Of a stretch of 64,000 nucleotides of DNA, positions 1-9,800 are shown piece by piece. The translations under genes were made by a program, and so were the position numbers. Below the pieces are notes generated by a model. It saw nothing but the letters and a program-made list of their open reading frames with translations, ran no database searches and was not told the origin of the DNA. The stretch spans positions 864,997 through 928,996 of the forward strand of contig CAVSUE010000001.1 of the NCBI GenBank assembly GCA_963731265.1. Direction: 5' to 3'. Origin of the DNA: an uncultured Verrucomicrobiae bacterium (GTDB lineage Bacteria > Chlamydiota > Chlamydiia > Chlamydiales > Rhabdochlamydiaceae). The first letter of the stretch is position 1. Every line of letters starts with the position of its first letter.

Positions 1-22
1 ATTAAACAACAATTTAATTACT

Positions 23-2728
23 ATGACAGTTAACAACAACACACAAAGTACTAATCATAAAGTCCAAAGAGATGAAGTTGTCGTTCCTCTTCCGGTGCCA
101 ACATGGGAAGCCCACCCGGGAAAATATATTCTTTATCAATCCCGGGCTTGTCACATGGAGTCGCATACTGCAGCTGCTATTTTTAAGAAGATGATTAGCG
201 AAAAGATTCCTCAAGCTCAACATTTAGTAAAGCAGATTGCGCAAATTGATCGACACATCAAAGAATTTCATTATCCTTTACATCTCACGACAATTTTTTT
301 TATTTTTCTTGAAGAATTAGTCGAACATTATCAAAATCATGTCTCGGAACGAGATGAAAATCTAGACCAAGAATTTATCAAACTTAAGCGTGTTCTTGCT
401 AAGAACCAGACTCAAATGTGGCCCAAAGATAACCACGAGATTCATACATTCATGAATTTATTAAAGACTAAGCTAAGTCAAGTGGAAGCTCAGCTTGAAA
501 ATTTCGATCTGCTGGTCAGCCACTGGTCCGAGATTCTCAATATCCAGTATCTAGCGAGTATGACATTGGGTGGAGTGTTTTTACAAAGCAATTACACCCA
601 AGTTCATCGATTACCCTCGGAGGATAACACAAATGACTTTCACGGAGAAATCCCTTTAAACCATGGGCACCTTTTGCAGGCTTTTTCTTTAATTTTGCGT
701 CAGCTAAAGAACGACCTTCCGTGGATTATTGAAACCATGAAGGAAAAAATCCCATGTCTGAATGATAAAGAATTAGAAAATGAATTTTCCTTATTTACAC
801 TTTCGCCTTCGAAAAAAGAATCGATGGCTAAAGGGTTAAAAGAATTGCCGACCTTTGCCTCATTGGTTCGAGAATACGGTATGGAAATGAAAACCATTAT
901 CGATCAACTTTCTTCGATGAGTTTCTGCGATAATGCAGTGTTATTACGGATCCAAGATAGACTTGTTTTAACACGAGCTATTGTGTGTGATCAAAGGACC
1001 GACTTTGAATACCAACTATTAGGAATAAAAAAAACCCCCGGTCTACAATTTTCTGGTAATGGATTAATAATTAATGCAGATCATGATTTGATTCCCTACC
1101 TATTCGATTATTGTGATTGCGTAAAATTAAAGTCTACTTATTTAGACCGTCCAATAATTGCGCTTGCCTTGATTCTAGAAGCGATTAAAGATTCTAATCG
1201 GATTTGGGCCCAGTATGAAAAGAATGGAATTCCACCGTCCACAACGTTTATGTCAATCGAGTATTTTGATCAGGAAAAGGCAGAGAAAGAATTGCTAGCT
1301 TTGGAGGGAAAAAAGAAGCATCAAAATTCTTCATCCGCCCAAAAGAAGAAAAAAGCAAAAACTTCTAATCCCTCGAATAAGAAAAAAGACTTTCCGAAAA
1401 ACAGTTCCAAGCAACCTCTGACCACGACAACCAATACATCAACGACAACAACGACTACCACCACCACAACTACAACTACGGCAACGACCACAACTACAGC
1501 AAGCTTGGCCGTACCTTTGCTCATGCAGACTGAGCGTTTAAGAGCAAAATTGGCCGAGCTTTTTGAGCAAAATCCTTCCTCGTCGCTTCGGCAAGTGATT
1601 TGGCATTTGGACCATCTGGCAGTCGTTCAAAAGACGCTGGCAAAGTCGGCTTCTTCCTCGCCGCAGCATTTATGCTTGCTTAGTTCTGCAGCCGCTTCTG
1701 CGCAGAAAATCATGGAACAGGCGTACCGCTGCGTGTTAAAGCAGGAACAGGCCTCTTTTACAACGACCCACAATTTAAAAGAGTACCATCGCCAGTATGA
1801 CCCCGATTTCAAAGCCTACCCTCCTGTTGTTAAGCAGCTCTTTTTGGCCAATCATTGGGTGCGCTATTTTTACACTAACCATAGAAATTGGTATTTCACA
1901 ACATTACACGTCGAAATCCCCGCTGTTTTGGATAAATTATTCAAGATCGCCGATGGGCAGCCTTACTCTCCCCAAGAGTTGAGGGTGACTGTGGAAGAAA
2001 TCGTGGAAAACAGTTGTAAGCAAGTGGAAAACTTATTGAAACAGGATACGTCTGCTCTACAATCAGCTACCTCGCAGGCGCATGAAAAAATCTCGATCAC
2101 AGCTTTTCCTGAACAGATGTTTGCAGGAATTCAGCAGAAGCTTGAAAATTTTCAAGCCAACCTGGGTACAAACCATCCCTTATTTTTACGGGTCAAACAG
2201 GGGATATCCGCTTTGAAAATGCTCGAGGTGAGCATTCGACAGATGAGCAAAGCTGACGATGTACAAGAGCTATCTACATGGACGGTTTGGAGTTTGCTGC
2301 AGTTACAAGAGTCTATCGAGACGATTTTTCATTGCATCGAACAATATAAGGCGGGGGAAATGACCGTCCAGCATGAGCTTAAAACCCTCGCAGACGCCAT
2401 CGGTTTGGAGATGGGGCCGCTGGCCGAATACACTCACGAGCTCTCCTATAAAGTCCGTTATCCAGCAGAAAACAAAAATAACAGCTTGTCGGCTCAGATC
2501 ATCGACGATCTTGAGGCACTTAAGGAATTTCCGGAGATCATGCAGGGGTTTAAATTGAAAAATATACCCAAGATACTTTGGACGGATCCCAGCGCCGATA
2601 TTTCTCTTGAGGGAGTCATTGGAAAGATGCGGCTATTACTCATTGAAGCTCAAAAGTTCTTGAAAGAGACTGCGCTGCCAGCTCTGCAAAAGGCCCATGA
2701 GGACTCTTTGGAGCCCAAAGGCGAGTAA
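23..2728 (+). CDS. Large hypothetical protein (901 aa) with Lys-rich patch, poly-Thr linker and two C-terminal HEPN-like domains; candidate effector
   Basis: Long ORF. S/T/N-rich N-terminus; Thr tract at ~1420-1500. Two segments resemble HEPN (QKIMEQAYRCVL..THNL..VRYF and QESIETIFHCI..QHEL..VRYP). Confidence 0.75.
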   Translation: MTVNNNTQSTNHKVQRDEVVVPLPVPTWEAHPGKYILYQSRACHMESHTAAAIFKKMISEKIPQAQHLVKQIAQIDRHIKEFHYPLHLTTIFFIFLEELVEHYQNHVSERDENLDQEFIKLKRVLAKNQTQMWPKDNHEIHTFMNLLKTKLSQVEAQLENFDLLVSHWSEILNIQYLASMTLGGVFLQSNYTQVHRLPSEDNTNDFHGEIPLNHGHLLQAFSLILRQLKNDLPWIIETMKEKIPCLNDKELENEFSLFTLSPSKKESMAKGLKELPTFASLVREYGMEMKTIIDQLSSMSFCDNAVLLRIQDRLVLTRAIVCDQRTDFEYQLLGIKKTPGLQFSGNGLIINADHDLIPYLFDYCDCVKLKSTYLDRPIIALALILEAIKDSNRIWAQYEKNGIPPSTTFMSIEYFDQEKAEKELLALEGKKKHQNSSSAQKKKKAKTSNPSNKKKDFPKNSSKQPLTTTTNTSTTTTTTTTTTTTTATTTTTASLAVPLLMQTERLRAKLAELFEQNPSSSLRQVIWHLDHLAVVQKTLAKSASSSPQHLCLLSSAAASAQKIMEQAYRCVLKQEQASFTTTHNLKEYHRQYDPDFKAYPPVVKQLFLANHWVRYFYTNHRNWYFTTLHVEIPAVLDKLFKIADGQPYSPQELRVTVEEIVENSCKQVENLLKQDTSALQSATSQAHEKISITAFPEQMFAGIQQKLENFQANLGTNHPLFLRVKQGISALKMLEVSIRQMSKADDVQELSTWTVWSLLQLQESIETIFHCIEQYKAGEMTVQHELKTLADAIGLEMGPLAEYTHELSYKVRYPAENKNNSLSAQIIDDLEALKEFPEIMQGFKLKNIPKILWTDPSADISLEGVIGKMRLLLIEAQKFLKETALPALQKAHEDSLEPKGE

Positions 2729-2818
2729 AGATTAGAATACTGCTTCGCACTGAATGCGTCCGCTCTAATACTAATCTAAGAACAGATTTAATGGAAAAAG
2801 CCACCCACTTGAGGAAGT

Positions 2819-4078
2819 CTATCTCCTCTGAAAACTGAGCATTTTTTTCTTGTAGCCAAGGAATAGAATGAGGCTGGCCAAGAACATCGCTACACCGCCA
2901 AGCACAAGAGGGGTATCATAGCTGAAACTCAATAATGCGCCGCCCAAAAATGGCGTTGCGGCAAAAGCGAAAGCTTGCAGTGATTGAAAAGCTCCCAAAA
3001 TCTCTCCTTGGCGGCCTGCTGTAGTGAGATTGGAAACAATCGTTGCACCTACAGGGAAAATCAAAGCGATGAGGAATTGCTGCATGGCAATATGAGGCCA
3101 ATACCATTCAATTCTGGCATGTAAGAGGAACAATATCAATGTCCCAAGGATTGCCAAGGCAATAAACAGAATCGGAAGGCTTTTAAAACGATTCAAAATA
3201 GGCCGAATGAGCATACCACTGCTTAGAACGTAAATCAAAGAGCCGAATGCGTAGAAGTTGCCGATCTGAGACACATCAAGCCCGTAATTCTTGATCCACG
3301 TCACCGGGATAAATTCCCAATAGAAAGACCATCCAAAACAAAAGGTGAAAAAGGCGAGGAAGATGATTCGAAATGGAGGGGAAATGGTTGTTTTCCAGAG
3401 ATCGTGAAATCGGGAACCAAGAGGGGAGTTGTCCTTCTTTTTTTTGACTATTGTTTCAGAAAAATAGAAACTGATGAGTGCGAAATTCGCTAACGTCAAT
3501 AGTAAGGCAAATAGAAAGGGAACGTGAAGGCCGAAGACTGCCAACTTTCCACCAAGAAAAGGACCGACTGCAAATCCAATCCCATTTGCCATGGCGATTA
3601 ATGCGAAATTCTTTGCTTTTACTAGTGATGGACTAAAGTCTGCAACAGAGGCGTTTATCACTCCGACATTGCCTGCTCCAACTCCTGTGACGAGCCGTCC
3701 TAAAAGCAACACGAAAAAAGATCGTTGCCACATTCCCAGAGCACAAAGAAGGGCTCCTATTGCGATAAGCAAGGTCGTCATTTGTAAAATAGGTTTGCGT
3801 CCTTTCCGATCCGAGAATGCTCCAATGGAAGGAGAACTGACAAATTGTGCCAAGGGAGATGCCGCCAGCAAAGTTCCTAACCAAAATCCTGGTGTTATGT
3901 CGGAGGCCAAATCGAGAAAAATCGGATCAGAATGATAAATGGACATGGCGAAAATAGGATAAACGAGACCATAACTCATCCAATTGAGAAAAGCCCCAAA
4001 GCATAGGACAAAAAAAGACATGTTGAAGAAAGGCTGTTTTGGCATTCTTTCTGTTTTTTTATACGTAAAAGGGTTCAA
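2819..4078 (-). CDS. MFS transporter, DHA1/TetA-like
   Basis: About 12 hydrophobic segments; motif A GAFSDRKGRKPIL; GRLVTGVGAG; GFAVGPFLGG. Confidence 0.92.
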   Translation of the reverse strand: MNPFTYKKTERMPKQPFFNMSFFVLCFGAFLNWMSYGLVYPIFAMSIYHSDPIFLDLASDITPGFWLGTLLAASPLAQFVSSPSIGAFSDRKGRKPILQMTTLLIAIGALLCALGMWQRSFFVLLLGRLVTGVGAGNVGVINASVADFSPSLVKAKNFALIAMANGIGFAVGPFLGGKLAVFGLHVPFLFALLLTLANFALISFYFSETIVKKKKDNSPLGSRFHDLWKTTISPPFRIIFLAFFTFCFGWSFYWEFIPVTWIKNYGLDVSQIGNFYAFGSLIYVLSSGMLIRPILNRFKSLPILFIALAILGTLILFLLHARIEWYWPHIAMQQFLIALIFPVGATIVSNLTTAGRQGEILGAFQSLQAFAFAATPFLGGALLSFSYDTPLVLGGVAMFLASLILFLGYKKKMLSFQRR

Positions 4079-4214
4079 TTAAATGGCCCGCTTTTGAATC
4101 ACGATGTGTATAATCAATAGAACAGAAATATCTACAAAAAGCAAATTGTTCTGACGAAAAAAAACAAATGGGTTAAGTTGTGGAACAATGGGTCGAATTT
4201 CAGAGGAGCGGGAT

Positions 4215-4709
4215 ATGAGACTATTTCTTTTTATCTTGTTATGCATTGTCAGGTCAGCTTTTGCTGCTAATCAAGGGCCTGGACCTTCCGATGCAAAAGC
4301 TTTGGGCAAGCAATTGATGAGCAATATGCCGGGCATATTTTCCCTGGATCAGGAAAACAAGGAAAAAATAGGTGGTTATCAAGTCCCCGCTATCAAAAAT
4401 GGGAATTGGATCATCCGTTCCCAACCCGTATCTCTTGTAGAGAGTTTCACGGAAGAAACTCAGGCAATAGCGACAATCTTTGTGAAGGTGGGAGACGAAT
4501 TTGTCAGGCTTTGTACGACAGAAAATGAAAAGGTAGGAACAGCATTATCCCATTCTCATCCTGCTTATCAACGGCTCCTGGGTGAATTGCGCTATACCGA
4601 TAAAGTCACTCTGTCCGGCAATGATTATATGGCCGACTACGATGTCTTCCGAGATAGGCAGGGAAGGGTCATTGGCGCCTATCTCGTCGGGATACCTATG
4701 GGGGAATAG
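4215..4709 (+). CDS. Secreted stand-alone Cache-type sensor domain protein (Cache_3/Cache_2 fusion-like)
   Basis: ATG 4215 follows GAGGAG. Signal peptide MRLFLFILLCIVRSAFA. ATIFVKVGDEFVR..GTAL..HPAY..Y..FRD..GRVIGAYLVG is typical of Cache domains. Confidence 0.75.
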   Translation: MRLFLFILLCIVRSAFAANQGPGPSDAKALGKQLMSNMPGIFSLDQENKEKIGGYQVPAIKNGNWIIRSQPVSLVESFTEETQAIATIFVKVGDEFVRLCTTENEKVGTALSHSHPAYQRLLGELRYTDKVTLSGNDYMADYDVFRDRQGRVIGAYLVGIPMGE

Positions 4710-4730
4710 AACCTTACCTCGAATCGGGGT

Positions 4731-4919
4731 TCAAGGCCGATAAGACCGCGCGATGACCCAAATTGCCGCGATCCCGAAAGCAGTGTAGAAGATATGTTGA
4801 ACCATGTGCATGGTGATAAAAACCCACATAACCATATTAAAATCAGCAACCCCTACAGTTCCCCAGTTTAGGCCGCCGATCACTAATAAAATGATTGCAA
4901 TTTTGTCTAAAATTTTCAT
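4731..4919 (-). CDS. DUF378 family small membrane protein
   Basis: MKILDKIAIILLVIGGLNWG signature. Confidence 0.88.
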   Translation of the reverse strand: MKILDKIAIILLVIGGLNWGTVGVADFNMVMWVFITMHMVQHIFYTAFGIAAIWVIARSYRP

Positions 4920-5032
4920 CCGTCCTCCGGCGGAAACCCGGCCCTTAAAGGGCCGGGTATTTTCAAAAACAATGTTGGGCCGAGGTCGAAGCTGGGGCCC
5001 AACTTAATCCCAGGCCTTCAGGCCTGGGTTCA
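4920..5032 (+). mobile_element. IS605-derived non-autonomous mini-element, copy 1 (113 bp, three hairpins)
   Basis: Preceded by TTCAT (4915-4919). Hairpins ACCCGGCCC-TTAAA-GGGCCGGGT, GTTGGGCC..GGCCCAAC and CCCAGGCC-TTCA-GGCCTGGG; ends GGGTTCA. Near-identical to the reverse complement of 62790-62901. Confidence 0.8.
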
Positions 5033-5325
5033 CGATTTTCCCAAAAACTCTATCTAAACCTATTTAGCAAGAAGTATAGGATTCATCAATTATGAGTCTA
5101 GGGCAAGCCGCGTTTTTTTGGGAAAAAAGATTTTTTAGTTTTTCTTCAAAAACCGTACATCTGCTATAAGTTAGTTATGTTGAAGCATATTGGCATTTCC
5201 AGCTCTATTTCCCTTCTTCTCCTTAGCTTTCAAGGCTAAAACATTGACATTTCCATAAATTCTTTTTTTTACAGAACGCAAGCCAAGAACCTTGGCTATT
5301 TATAACTTTTTAAGAGGATAAGAAA

Positions 5326-6738
5326 ATGTCTCAAGAGAATACCTGGAGATCCCAGGCTGGTTTTGTCTGGTCGTTGATCGGCTCCGCTGTGGGGTTTGCC
5401 AATGTTTTAAGTTTTAGTGCGAAAGCTTACAAAAATGGAGGCGGGGCTTACCTGATCCCGTATTTGATCGCTTTGTGTGTGATAGGAATCCCTTTTTTGA
5501 TTTTGGAGGGAAAGGTCGGACAGAGGTGGAAAGCGCCCCTTGTCACTGCCTATGGAAATGTCTGGAGCAAAGCAGGCAAAACTATTGGATGGCTTGCTGT
5601 TTTAGCATGCTTGACGATTGGAGCATTCTATATCGTATTGACGGGCTATTCGGTGGCTTATACGTTTTTTTCAGCAACGAATCAAATCCCTGAAGATACA
5701 AAAACATTTTTCGTTCACAACTTTCTGCAAGCAACGGGAAGTATTAAAGAGTTCGGAGCGTTCTCCTGGTCGATATTTCTCGCCACGGGAGCCGTCGGTC
5801 TGATCTCGTGGATGGTTCTAAGACATCATGTGAGAAACGGGATTGAACGGGTCTGTTCGTTTTTCATGCCGCTAATGGTGGTGATGATGGCTGTTTTTGC
5901 CGTTGTGGTCTGTTTTCTTCCAGGAGGAATGGGGGGATTGGTCTATTATTTGAAGCCCAACTTTGCAAAGTTAACGGATTTCGGGCTCTGGCGTGATGTT
6001 TTCGGACAGCTTTTTTTCAGCCTGTCGCTCGGCCTCGGGATCATTGTCGGCTACTCAAGACACACAGGAGAATCGACAAATGTCCCGAGAGCGATGTTTT
6101 TTGTTGCGATGGGCGACTTTATCGTCTCGTTCATCTCGGGGGTGGCGGTCTTTGGGTGCCTGGCCCATATCAGCTATGTGCAAGGGATCCCGTTTGATCA
6201 GATTTTGACGACCGATTCGACGTTTGAGATTGGTTTCATTTTGTTCCCGAAGATTCTTAAAACGTTTGGACCTTTACTTTCTCAATTTGTCGGTTCCGTC
6301 TTCTTTTTCTGTGTTTTTATTGCGGGTATCACCGGTGTCTTTTCTATTGTGGAGAGCATTGCGGGTAATGTGGAGGTGGAGTTTCGGACATCGCGTAGAA
6401 AAGCGGTGGGAGCGACATTAACGGCCTTGCTTGTCATGGCGCTTTTTTTCTGCAGAGGAAATGCGTCCCATTTAATCGATGCGCTGGCTCCCATGGTCCT
6501 CGGAACAAACATGCTCATTGGAGGGCTGGCACTTGTTTTTGCCTTTTCTAAAGACTTACGCCTGCGGATTGTCGCTCCATTAATATTGGGGACTATCCTC
6601 GTCGGCAATCTTTGGCAGGAATGTCATGGATTTGACCCTTCAAAGGCGGTCCGTTGGGGATGGCTTCTAGGATCATTGTTCATAGCAACAGTATTGAGTA
6701 TCAGGCGGAAAAAAGAGGTCGGAGTGTCTGATTTCTGA
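5326..6738 (+). CDS. Sodium-dependent transporter, neurotransmitter:sodium symporter (NSS) family
   Basis: W.S..GF..SLIGSAVGFANV..F..KAYKNGGGAYLIPY; WRDVFGQLFFSLSLGLG. Confidence 0.93.
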   Translation: MSQENTWRSQAGFVWSLIGSAVGFANVLSFSAKAYKNGGGAYLIPYLIALCVIGIPFLILEGKVGQRWKAPLVTAYGNVWSKAGKTIGWLAVLACLTIGAFYIVLTGYSVAYTFFSATNQIPEDTKTFFVHNFLQATGSIKEFGAFSWSIFLATGAVGLISWMVLRHHVRNGIERVCSFFMPLMVVMMAVFAVVVCFLPGGMGGLVYYLKPNFAKLTDFGLWRDVFGQLFFSLSLGLGIIVGYSRHTGESTNVPRAMFFVAMGDFIVSFISGVAVFGCLAHISYVQGIPFDQILTTDSTFEIGFILFPKILKTFGPLLSQFVGSVFFFCVFIAGITGVFSIVESIAGNVEVEFRTSRRKAVGATLTALLVMALFFCRGNASHLIDALAPMVLGTNMLIGGLALVFAFSKDLRLRIVAPLILGTILVGNLWQECHGFDPSKAVRWGWLLGSLFIATVLSIRRKKEVGVSDF

Positions 6739-6745
6739 GAGTCGC

Positions 6746-6778
6746 GGCTGCACGTTTTTCTAGCGAAAACGTGCAGCC
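6746..6778 (+). terminator. Probable intrinsic terminator
   Basis: GGCTGCACGTTTT..AAAACGTGCAGCC stem followed by TTTAT, directly after the transporter stop. Confidence 0.65.
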
Positions 6779-6881
6779 TTTATAGTATTAAAAATTTTAA
6801 TATTATAAAATAATTAAAAATTGATTTTCATTCAAATTAATGATAAAGTAATTACATTAACAAGAATGTAGTGATATTATC

Positions 6882-9800
6882 ATGAGCTTTTTAAATAATT
6901 TAATTTACGTATATAATTCCGGTTCGATTGCAGAAAGAATTGAGGCGAAAAGACAAATTTTCGGCGTTAATGACGAGCTAATTACAAATAAATTTGCTTT
7001 TGGATATTTTTTAGATGGGGATTTTCCTTTAGAACAGCAAAACAATGTAGAAAAGCTGAAACGGTATGAATTCTTTGCTCCCTCTCTTAGCTGTCAAAAA
7101 TTGGTGAAAGAACTTAAGGCGTTTTTTCCGTCGGCTGGATTTATGCAACTGCACACAGAAACTCAAAAACTTCTGAAGGAAGCCGCAGATATTCTTGAAA
7201 AAACCCAAGATATTACTTTTCGAATTGATGATATCCGCTCAGCCGATCTACGGCAAATTTTTCTTACCCTCACTGGAAAAGGGGTTTCTCTGCTCGGAGA
7301 TCAGGAGTTTGATCCCGAAAAGCGGGATGAGATGATCGCCAAGGCGCTCGAACAGGTTGTTTCTTTATCCATCGGGGAACAAGGGGTATTTTCAGCAGGA
7401 AACATCGTTCACGAAACCCTTCTCTCCGTAGAAAAAATCGACGATAATCAGTTTAAGGTTCAGTATTACAATACTGCTGATCATGCCAACCCTAAACGGA
7501 AATATTTTGTCAGCGGTTCTTTTCTCTTGGGAGAAGCCTTTTGGAAGGATCTCTATTCTTCAAAATTTATGCGAAGGGAAATGCTGTTGTTTAAACAATT
7601 CAACGAATTAGACCCCGTAGAGAAAACCGACCGGGACATTTCTGCCCGTTTCAGACAACGAAAAAATACCTGCCATCTACGCTGCTTCCTATCCTTTCTC
7701 AAAGATCAGGTCGTTCAAAGATCACCACTTCCGATCCAAGACAGTTATTGCGACTGGACCCTTTTCAAAGAGCAATTTGGACAATTTCTTCTTAGCAGCG
7801 GGCAGATGACTCATGAAGAGATGAGCCGCTTAAGTCAGCAGAAACAACTCAAACGTTCCTCGAAAAGTAGAAGGGTTATCGATTTTCAGGCTTGTGCCAA
7901 ACAAGGGAAAGCAGAAGAAACCCTGACAGCTTATCGTACTCTTTTCTGTCAATTGACAGGCGACCGGATTTCCGCAGAAAACAGCAAGAATCCTGTTTTC
8001 GATCTGATCCAAGCAGAAAAAACACTCTTGAAAGCGATGGAAAGCTGCCTGCTCTTGCCCGAAGATTTGGATCCCTTATTTGAAAAAAATCCCAACCCTT
8101 GGGTTGAGCAAACTTTGCAACACTTCAAAGAGCGTTTTCCTAAGAGACAAAGTGATTTTCAAAAGGGTTTAAAAGAAGAACTGGAGCAAAGCTCTAAAGT
8201 ACACTACGAGTTCTTAAATCAGCTCCAACGTTCCACATTGGAATGCTTGAATGAAGCAAGCCACAAACTTTCAGAACTTCCCTTCCTCTCGTTGAATACT
8301 CTCCATCTGACAGAATCTCGCAAAATCAGTTCTAACGTTCTGATTGAAAAAGCGGAGTTGCAAAATCTTCTCAATCTTTTTGAAAATCGTCCTGAAAGAC
8401 TTCATTTTCTAGGTCAAAAGCCGCATTGTCTTGCCTTGATCACGCAAGCCATCAAAATGGGAATGATTGAACAGGTGGATCGAATCTATCAAAAATTGCC
8501 TCAAAAGGAGCAAGAGGAGATTTTGACTGCCTGCGGAGAAAAAGAAGTTTTTTCTTATCCTGTGCTTCCTCGGGCAGTGTATGATTATATCCTTCAACAA
8601 CCGGATTCGGCCTTATCTAAATGCCTATCCAAATGGGTCTGCCTAGATGCGCTGCGTAACGGTCAGCGTCTGGAGTTTTTAAATGTGATCGACGCCATGA
8701 AAGTTTCCGAGCCTGATCTCGCCGGTAATTTACAGACTAATGAACTTCATGATTTCCATGCGGGAATTCCCCAGGAAGAAATTTTGCCGATTTTATCTTT
8801 ATTGGACTCTTATTTTCAAACAGTTAAAACTAATTGCCCCTCTCGAATATTGGATAGTTTGATCTCTTCGATCGGCAAATCGTTATTGAAACATAAAGAT
8901 ACCCATTTGGCTGCAGAATATCATATCCCCGAATGGAAAGAATTTCTTTATTTCGTTCATTTGTACCGTCTTTATCAAAACGGAGAGTTTAAAGAGCTAT
9001 CCTCAAAACAGAAAGCTACTCCTTATTCTATTGAGGCTCATTTTCAATTCGATAATGAAAATTATAAAAATGGGTTAGACCTGTTAAAAAAAGTATTTCC
9101 GGCCTCCTTTCTGTTTATCCTTTTTCAGGATCTGGTGACCTTTGCTTTCCAGCAAGGCGATGTCAAGGCCGCATTGGAGGCCCTTCATTGCTATGGCCGG
9201 AATCCATTCTCTCAATGCGCTGACTACTGTTGGAGGCTCGACTATTCCCTCTTCCTGTTCATGGCACAAGGTTTAGTCAAAGAGGAAGCTAGGGAAGATG
9301 AAAAAAATGTATTCATGGTGATCAAGTACCTCATCGATAACTGCGATTCGAAAGAGCGGTTCGACCAAATAAGCGGTATCATCGAGTCTTTATGTTTGCA
9401 ATACCCTTCGATAGGGGATCGCCTGACTGAAACGATCACATATAAGGTTCGGCATTATATCGATCCATCCGCGCAAGGCTTTCTTGCAAAAGCCACTCGA
9501 AAAGATGAATGCGGGCGCGCTTTCATGGAATTGGTCAATGATTGGGGTTATCGCGATGGGGAAACCTTCTCAAAATACCGGAAAGAATGTAATAACTTTC
9601 TAAATAAGTGGAAGCTCCTCGTGCAGAATGAAGATCTATCGGATTGGCGCAGAGCCTATCGAGATTTTATTCAACCCATTTTTGGGATGCATGTGTATGG
9701 AAATCGATCCCATATCGACGCTCTAGGTCTTTTAAAGAGCATGTCGTTTGCAGAAAACGTGCGCTTGCCCCTTGCTGTGCTGTTCAGGCAAGCGGATGAG

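Noticed and set aside
1321-1524. Poly-Val ORF on the minus strand
   Set aside because: It is the antisense shadow of the poly-Thr tract.
2819-4078. Calling the MFS gene tetA (tetracycline resistance)
   Set aside because: Only family-level motifs are present, with no tetR or mobile context; substrate unknown.
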